64,000 nucleotides of DNA from Alphaproteobacteria bacterium. Lineage in GTDB: Bacteria > Pseudomonadota > Alphaproteobacteria > CAAGCB01 > CAG-977. The notes below the pieces were generated by a model that saw only the letters and a list, made by a program, of their open reading frames with translations, was not told where the DNA came from and made no database searches. Location of the stretch: assembly GCA_045587165.1 (NCBI GenBank), contig JAZNBT010000020.1, positions 20,603 to 84,602 of the forward strand. Direction: 5' to 3'. The position numbers were made by a program, and so were the translations under genes. Of this stretch, positions 58,726 to 64,000 are shown in pieces. Every line of letters begins with the position of its first letter. The first letter of the stretch is position 1.

Positions 58726-59658
58726 GTGATGTCAAAAATTTATAAAACGGTTTCGGATTTGATCGGTCGGACGCCTTTGATGGAGCTTTCTAACTATGAA
58801 AAATCCGAAAATCTCGACGCGGTTATATTGGCAAAGCTGGAAATGTTCAATCCGGCGGGTTCCGTAAAGGACAGAGTTGCCAAGGCCATGATTGACGATG
58901 CCGAACAAAAAGGATTGTTAAAATCGGGATCCGTTATTGTCGAGCCGACCAGCGGAAATACGGGAATAGGCTTGGCTTGTGTCGGTTTGTCCCGCGGATA
59001 TAAGGTTATTTTGACGATGCCCGATACAATGAGCGTTGAACGACGTAATTTGTTAAAAGCCTACGGAGCGGAAATTGTTTTAACCGAAGGGGCCAAGGGG
59101 ATGGTCGGCGCTGTGGAAAAAGCGGGGGAAATTGCAGCCGAAACTCCTGACAGCTTTATTCCGGGGCAGTTTTCGAATCCGGCCAATCCGGCAGTGCACG
59201 AGACAACGACGGGACCCGAAATTTGGCAGGATACGGACGGTCGTGTCGATATTTTTGTCGCCGGCGTCGGAACCGGCGGTACGCTGACGGGTATAGGTCG
59301 GTATTTGAAATCCAAAAATCCGGACATTAAAGTCATTGCCGTTGAACCGGATGATTCTCCGTTATTATCCGAAGGTAAGGCCGGACCTCATCCTTTGCAG
59401 GGAATCGGAGCAAACTTTGTTCCGGAAACACTGGATCGACAAATTTATGATGAGGTTGTTCGTGTGACAGGGGAACAGGCGTTTGAAACGGGAAAAACGT
59501 TAGCCCGTAAAGAAGGAATTTTGGCGGGGGTTTCGTCCGCAGCCGCCCTTTATGCCGCGACGCTGATGGCCAAACGGCCGGAAAACAAGGGAAAAACGAT
59601 CGTTGTTTTGCTGCCGGATACGGGGGAAAGGTACTTGTCTACGCCGATGTTTTTTTAA
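58726..59658 (+). CDS. cysK: Cysteine synthase A (O-acetylserine sulfhydrylase)
   Basis: PLP lysine motif PAGSVKDR and the glycine-rich loop GTGGT. Confidence 0.9.
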   Translation: MMSKIYKTVSDLIGRTPLMELSNYEKSENLDAVILAKLEMFNPAGSVKDRVAKAMIDDAEQKGLLKSGSVIVEPTSGNTGIGLACVGLSRGYKVILTMPDTMSVERRNLLKAYGAEIVLTEGAKGMVGAVEKAGEIAAETPDSFIPGQFSNPANPAVHETTTGPEIWQDTDGRVDIFVAGVGTGGTLTGIGRYLKSKNPDIKVIAVEPDDSPLLSEGKAGPHPLQGIGANFVPETLDRQIYDEVVRVTGEQAFETGKTLARKEGILAGVSSAAALYAATLMAKRPENKGKTIVVLLPDTGERYLSTPMFF

Positions 59659-60683
59659 AAGGCGGACTTTTCAAGCGTGACTGTTGTATCCAGTCGTAAC
59701 ATCAGATCCGTTATTTTTCGCAGGAAGGTACCGTTTAAGACGCGTATCGGAACTTCTTTACCCGCTTTGCTTTGGAAACCGATTTTGTCGGGTGTTCTAA
59801 TAAAAGCGGCAAGAGTTTGTGCAATATCGGCGTTTCTTTGTCTGTGCGCGTTTGAAAAAGACAAATAAGAAATGACATCCTGAATTTTTCGATTGCTCAG
59901 TTCTGCCGGACTGGGCGCATTCGGCTGTCGCAGATAAAGAGTGTCAATGTATCGTTTGTAGCCTGCAATCAATCCGGATTCCGTATATGAAAACGATAAG
60001 GATGTAATGGAAGAATCTTTTAAAAATTTTTTTAAATCGGCGATGGGAGAGCCTTTATGCACCAGATGTTTAAATGCCAGAACCAACTGTCCCTGTTGGG
60101 CGTTGGATATGTTGTTAAATGATACCGAAAAATTCCAGCGTCCCAAGCATTTATCGGTTATATCCGCCGACAGTGTCATCTTTTTCGCGGCCGGATAATA
60201 AGCGTATTCACCGTTAATGTCGGCGGAAATGTGATTACAGCCCGCCAACATGACGGCATACAGCGGATGATTTAAAATATCAGCTCCCGGATTGAACAAA
60301 GCTAATGTTTCAATGACGTTTTCATCTGATTTTTTTAAAATACGGGCAATATCAACCAAATGAAAAGAAACATTTTCCGTACTGAAAGACAGTTCGGTGG
60401 TGATATGATTGTTTTCTTTATATTTATGAATGATAAATTCATCTGTTTTGTTGGTTAGATCCGGTAGAGCATATAGCCGAACCGAAACATTTTTCAAAAT
60501 GGCGAGATCCGAAACGGACAAAGATAAATTTTGATAAGATATGCTGTTGTTTAAACGGTTCCGTGTCATAAAATAATGAATGTTTTTCTTTTCTTCGTCT
60601 TTTTGCAAAAAGACCATAAAGACACCGCAAGCCGTAAACAACAGGAATAAAATTATCACGGCGACCCACATGCTTTTTGTCAT
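59655..60683 (-). CDS. Hypothetical membrane-anchored periplasmic protein
   Basis: 342 aa. N-terminal TM anchor (MWVAVIILFLLFTACGVFMVFL). No motif. Overlaps cysK and the upstream 570-aa gene by 4 nt each. Confidence 0.5.
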   Translation of the reverse strand: MTKSMWVAVIILFLLFTACGVFMVFLQKDEEKKNIHYFMTRNRLNNSISYQNLSLSVSDLAILKNVSVRLYALPDLTNKTDEFIIHKYKENNHITTELSFSTENVSFHLVDIARILKKSDENVIETLALFNPGADILNHPLYAVMLAGCNHISADINGEYAYYPAAKKMTLSADITDKCLGRWNFSVSFNNISNAQQGQLVLAFKHLVHKGSPIADLKKFLKDSSITSLSFSYTESGLIAGYKRYIDTLYLRQPNAPSPAELSNRKIQDVISYLSFSNAHRQRNADIAQTLAAFIRTPDKIGFQSKAGKEVPIRVLNGTFLRKITDLMLRLDTTVTLEKSAF

Positions 60684-62392
60684 TGGCCGTTCTCCTGTTT
60701 ATAGGGGGCATGATACGGTCTCCAATTGGGCTTTTCATGCCGACGTCTGATCAATCCTTCCAAATCCGCCACTTCACCGCAGACTTCCTGTTCGCATGCC
60801 GCTGCCGAAGATAATTCCAATACACCGGAGCCGAATAAATTCGTTTTCTTATTTTGTTTTTTTTCTTCGGGGGTCATTAGACGCAAGTTTCCGCTGACGA
60901 TATGCCATCCCGGTCTGTTTAACAGTCCGCTGGTCTGCGTGATTAAAAATTCATCCGGCCAATTAACCCAAGCTTTGTCTATTCCCAGAGAAGAAATGTT
61001 GACCAACATATTTACTCGAACCGGTTTTTGCGTAATGGCCGTTGCCGTCAACATTGCGGGCAGGTTTTCAATTCTGTCCACACCGATCATATAAGCCAAC
61101 CGTCCCAGATAATCTGATTTTGTCAACTCGTTATAATCCGCCATCATCAATTGATGTTCGCGCAAATCTTCCGTACGACGGGCGTTTTCCCTTAATCGAG
61201 CCAGATTTTGCGTTTTATCCGAAACGATTTTCCATTTTTTCCCCGGTTTTCTTTCTAAAACGGCGGCATAAATTAATTTCGATTCCGTATCGGAGGCCTC
61301 TTTTGAATTTTTTTTATCTGTTTCGGGCATATCCATGCCGGCGATCCCCTGCGGGACGGTGGTGGCGAAGAATTTCATTTGCGTTGCCCCTTGGCAGAAA
61401 ATATCTGCAAAGCTTTCCGCCGTTCGCAAAATATTATCCGTAACAGTGTTTTCTAAAAATAATTCTTCATTTTCCGTTACGGCGGCGATGATAAACGGCG
61501 AGCATCCCGACCAAGGAGAATAAAAACCGGTTTTTTTGTTGCGAGTGCTTTTTAAATAACCCAAATAATGAATTTTCAATTCAAGATCCGAATCAATCAG
61601 ATAACTTAGATTTTGTTCGTTTTTTCCAGCTCCGTACCGGTTTAATAAAACAACATTCAAATTTTTCCGGCCGGTAAAGCGCCCTTCCGTAAAATAACCG
61701 TCCAAGGTGGTTTCCAGATTTCCTTTTTCATTAAAGACGGATACTTCCGCTCTGCCGTAAATCAGGTTTTCCGAACATGAGTTCCGGCCGACACTGATAA
61801 ACCAATCTTTGATTTTTTTTGCCGGTTTGTCGGTCGTATACAGAATGGAGCAGCGCTTGTCTTTAGAGGATATTTTGTATTCCAAAGCCGTTTGCGGATC
61901 TATGTGTGCGACAATTTTTTGTTTTCCGGCCGGCGGAGCCCATTCTTTGACAGGGAACTCGTCTTTTGTGCGTACCGTGTTGACGGCTGCGGCTTGTAAT
62001 TGGCGTATTTTTACTTTTAAAGTACCTTTTTCCGTTTTCCATTTATCTGTTGCCGATGCCGACCCTTGATAAACCAGAGTGTTGGCGCTGTAACCGTCAA
62101 TGACGGCCTGCAATGCGGAAGGACATTCATTGTTTAATACGGGTTCCACCTTTGCCATTAAGGCGTTCAACGCCGTTTCTTCAAAAACGGTTTCGTCTTG
62201 TGCGAAAATTTTTAAGCTTAGAATGTCTTCGCACCATTTCCCTTCGGATGCTTCGGCAAAAACTTCCACTCCGGCTTTGGCGGAATAGGCAATTCTTTTC
62301 ATTTCATGGCTTGTCTGAATGTCAAGCGTCTGCGCACCCGCCGAGGCTGTCAGGAAAAAAAATAAAGTTGTTGTTTTGAAAAAACTGTTCAT
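60680..62392 (-). CDS. Hypothetical secreted protein (570 aa)
   Basis: Signal peptide MNSFFKTTTLFFFLTASAGAQT. No recognisable domain. Operon partner of the downstream 342-aa gene. Confidence 0.5.
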   Translation of the reverse strand: MNSFFKTTTLFFFLTASAGAQTLDIQTSHEMKRIAYSAKAGVEVFAEASEGKWCEDILSLKIFAQDETVFEETALNALMAKVEPVLNNECPSALQAVIDGYSANTLVYQGSASATDKWKTEKGTLKVKIRQLQAAAVNTVRTKDEFPVKEWAPPAGKQKIVAHIDPQTALEYKISSKDKRCSILYTTDKPAKKIKDWFISVGRNSCSENLIYGRAEVSVFNEKGNLETTLDGYFTEGRFTGRKNLNVVLLNRYGAGKNEQNLSYLIDSDLELKIHYLGYLKSTRNKKTGFYSPWSGCSPFIIAAVTENEELFLENTVTDNILRTAESFADIFCQGATQMKFFATTVPQGIAGMDMPETDKKNSKEASDTESKLIYAAVLERKPGKKWKIVSDKTQNLARLRENARRTEDLREHQLMMADYNELTKSDYLGRLAYMIGVDRIENLPAMLTATAITQKPVRVNMLVNISSLGIDKAWVNWPDEFLITQTSGLLNRPGWHIVSGNLRLMTPEEKKQNKKTNLFGSGVLELSSAAACEQEVCGEVADLEGLIRRRHEKPNWRPYHAPYKQENGQ

Positions 62393-62452
62393 ATCGGTAA
62401 CTATAAAATATAATTTTAAAAAAGAGTAGTCTTAAAACAAAAGGAATAAAAT

Positions 62453-63454
62453 TTGATCGTTCCCGATAAAAAAACAGAAGCTTATTTAAACAAGCCGATT
62501 TCTCCTAAAAGGCTTTTGCAGCTTTGTCAGGCAGGCGTCCTGTCTTCTTCAAACTTTTTGCGCGCGGCGGCATTGTGCCGTTCGGATAAAAAGTGGGGAA
62601 AATTCATTTTATTGATTCTGCGCTTTTTGACTGGATTAAGCTTTTTAAGTGCGATTTTTTTGATGGCCGTCTCGAAATGGCACTTTTTTTATCAGACGGG
62701 CGGATTTATTTTCTTGGTTGTTTTATTTGTTTTGTGCGCGTGGATTCGCAATCAATTCCGTGTTGCCGATTATGCGGGCGTCGGTTTAATCGGTTTGATG
62801 ATCTTTTTGCCGGATATCGTTTTCAGAACAAGCTCGTTCCTGTATCAAGAGCTTTTTCTGTGGTTTGCGTTGTCCGTCGTTTGGGCCGTTTCGTCCCGAC
62901 GTGTCGGCGTATGGGGGGCGGCATTTGTTATTTTAAATGCGGCAATCGGTCTGTACGGTGTTCAATTCGCTTTGCCGTCGTTTATTATCAGCGCAACGCT
63001 TTTTTTTGTTTTAGCAGCGATTTTTAACTTGTTGTGTTTCGGCGTTTGCGTTTTTTTGTCCGATCGTTTTTTTCTGAAAAAACAATCCTGTTTCAGATTT
63101 TTTCCTTTAACCGGCATGATGTTGTTTTTGGTCGCCGCGGCCGGTGTTCGGTGTTTTGAAGATACCCCCTTTAATTCGGGGGATGTCGCGTTTATCTTGT
63201 GTGCCGTTTGTTCGGTCTTTTGTCTTTATTGGTATGTTATCCGCGTGTCTGACCGGACGGGACGCCGATTGGCAATTCTTTTTTCCTTTTTTTGGTCTTG
63301 TCTGTTGCTTTATCGTTGCCTATATGCATTTGATTTTTCATCGGATTTTCGGCAGGCTCTGTTTTGTACCGTCGTTTCTGCATTGATCGGTGTGGCATTA
63401 ATAAGCGAATATTTGTCGGTTGTTCGGATAAAAGGGGGAAAAGATGCCGTCTGA
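62453..63454 (+). CDS. Hypothetical polytopic membrane protein
   Basis: 333 aa, 8 or more TM segments. Divergent from the 570-aa gene. Confidence 0.5.
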   Translation: MIVPDKKTEAYLNKPISPKRLLQLCQAGVLSSSNFLRAAALCRSDKKWGKFILLILRFLTGLSFLSAIFLMAVSKWHFFYQTGGFIFLVVLFVLCAWIRNQFRVADYAGVGLIGLMIFLPDIVFRTSSFLYQELFLWFALSVVWAVSSRRVGVWGAAFVILNAAIGLYGVQFALPSFIISATLFFVLAAIFNLLCFGVCVFLSDRFFLKKQSCFRFFPLTGMMLFLVAAAGVRCFEDTPFNSGDVAFILCAVCSVFCLYWYVIRVSDRTGRRLAILFSFFWSCLLLYRCLYAFDFSSDFRQALFCTVVSALIGVALISEYLSVVRIKGGKDAV

Positions 63455-64000
63455 ATTTTCACTGCGTCAGGTTTTGGCATGTCTGAATATTTCGGTGTTT
63501 GATCCGTTGGTTGAACCTGCGTTGAAAAGAGCTTGTCAAATTGAAGAGGAACGCAAGCTCGTTGTCAAAAGAAATCCCTTTTACGGCGTTTTTTCATTGA
63601 TTGTCTTGCAATCGGCGGCGTTGCTTTGTTTTTTCGGTTTGCGGCCGTATGCTGTTTCCGCCGGTGTGTCTTTGATCCTTTTGGGAAGCTTGTCTTTCGG
63701 AAAAACATTGACGGCCGCATGGCGATTTTTCTTTAAGATATATTTTTTTGCGGGGCTCTTTTTGTTGGCGGAAACGCTGTTTTATATTTCTCCTTTGATC
63801 GTACAGGGAATGGTTTTACTTTTTTTATTATGCAAAGCTCTTTCCGTAAACGGTCGGGAATCAAGAGTCCTGTCGGCATTTTGGTTTTTTATTTCTGTCC
63901 TTGCACCGTTTTTGTCAGGGCAGACCGTTTCTTTGTTTTTAGCGATCGGGTTCTTTTCTTTGATCGGGTCGGCCGGTTTGCTTTTTCCTTTAAAGAATTT
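63445..64000 (+). CDS. Hypothetical polytopic membrane protein, 3'-truncated by the window edge
   Basis: Strong RBS AAGGGGGAA before the ATG at 63445. The frame stays open to position 64000 and is TM-rich. Overlaps the upstream gene by 10 nt. Not in the ORF track because it has no in-window stop. Confidence 0.5.

Overview
Chromosomal segment with moderate GC, most likely from a host-associated alphaproteobacterium. Taxon-informative features are an F0 ATP-synthase operon with split b/b' subunits plus atpI, ffs-dnaX-ybaB-recR, fabD-fabG-acpP-fabF-mltG, many Sel1-repeat proteins and a Chlamydia-type aaxABC-like arginine-decarboxylase module. Housekeeping content includes comEC (truncated at the window edge and absent from the ORF track), opgG/opgH, a Ca/Mn-type P-type ATPase behind a probable Mn2+ (yybP-ykoY) riboswitch-attenuator, tgt, dsbA/dsbD, hisH/hisF, kdsB, rimO, cysK and a MATE pump. 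The most striking element is a compact ~8 kb T7-like podovirus module at 19.2-27.2 kb. It holds a portal, scaffold, capsid, tail tubular A and B, an internal-protein-like ORF and a complete lysis cassette (holin, GH24 endolysin, overlapping i/o-spanins). No terminase, integrase, tail fibre or DNA-ejection core proteins are visible in this window; no replication genes lie within or adjacent to the module. The module has its own promoter-hairpin leader and T7-style intrinsic terminators. That pattern fits a decayed prophage or a domesticated phage-derived particle system. Other candidates for new biology are an 836-aa orphan Cys/His-motif protein translationally coupled to a zinc-ribbon ORF, a PP-loop protein fused in an operon with an orphan MurD-like ligase (candidate MurL/MurD2 route), a polyprenyl-phosphate phosphoribosyltransferase-like UbiA plus alkaline-phosphatase-family protein plus hisH/hisF block, TolC-SPOR and Sel1-SPOR fusions, and two uncharacterised envelope operons at the 3' end. 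All calls rest on reading the sequence and recognising motifs; no database searches were run.
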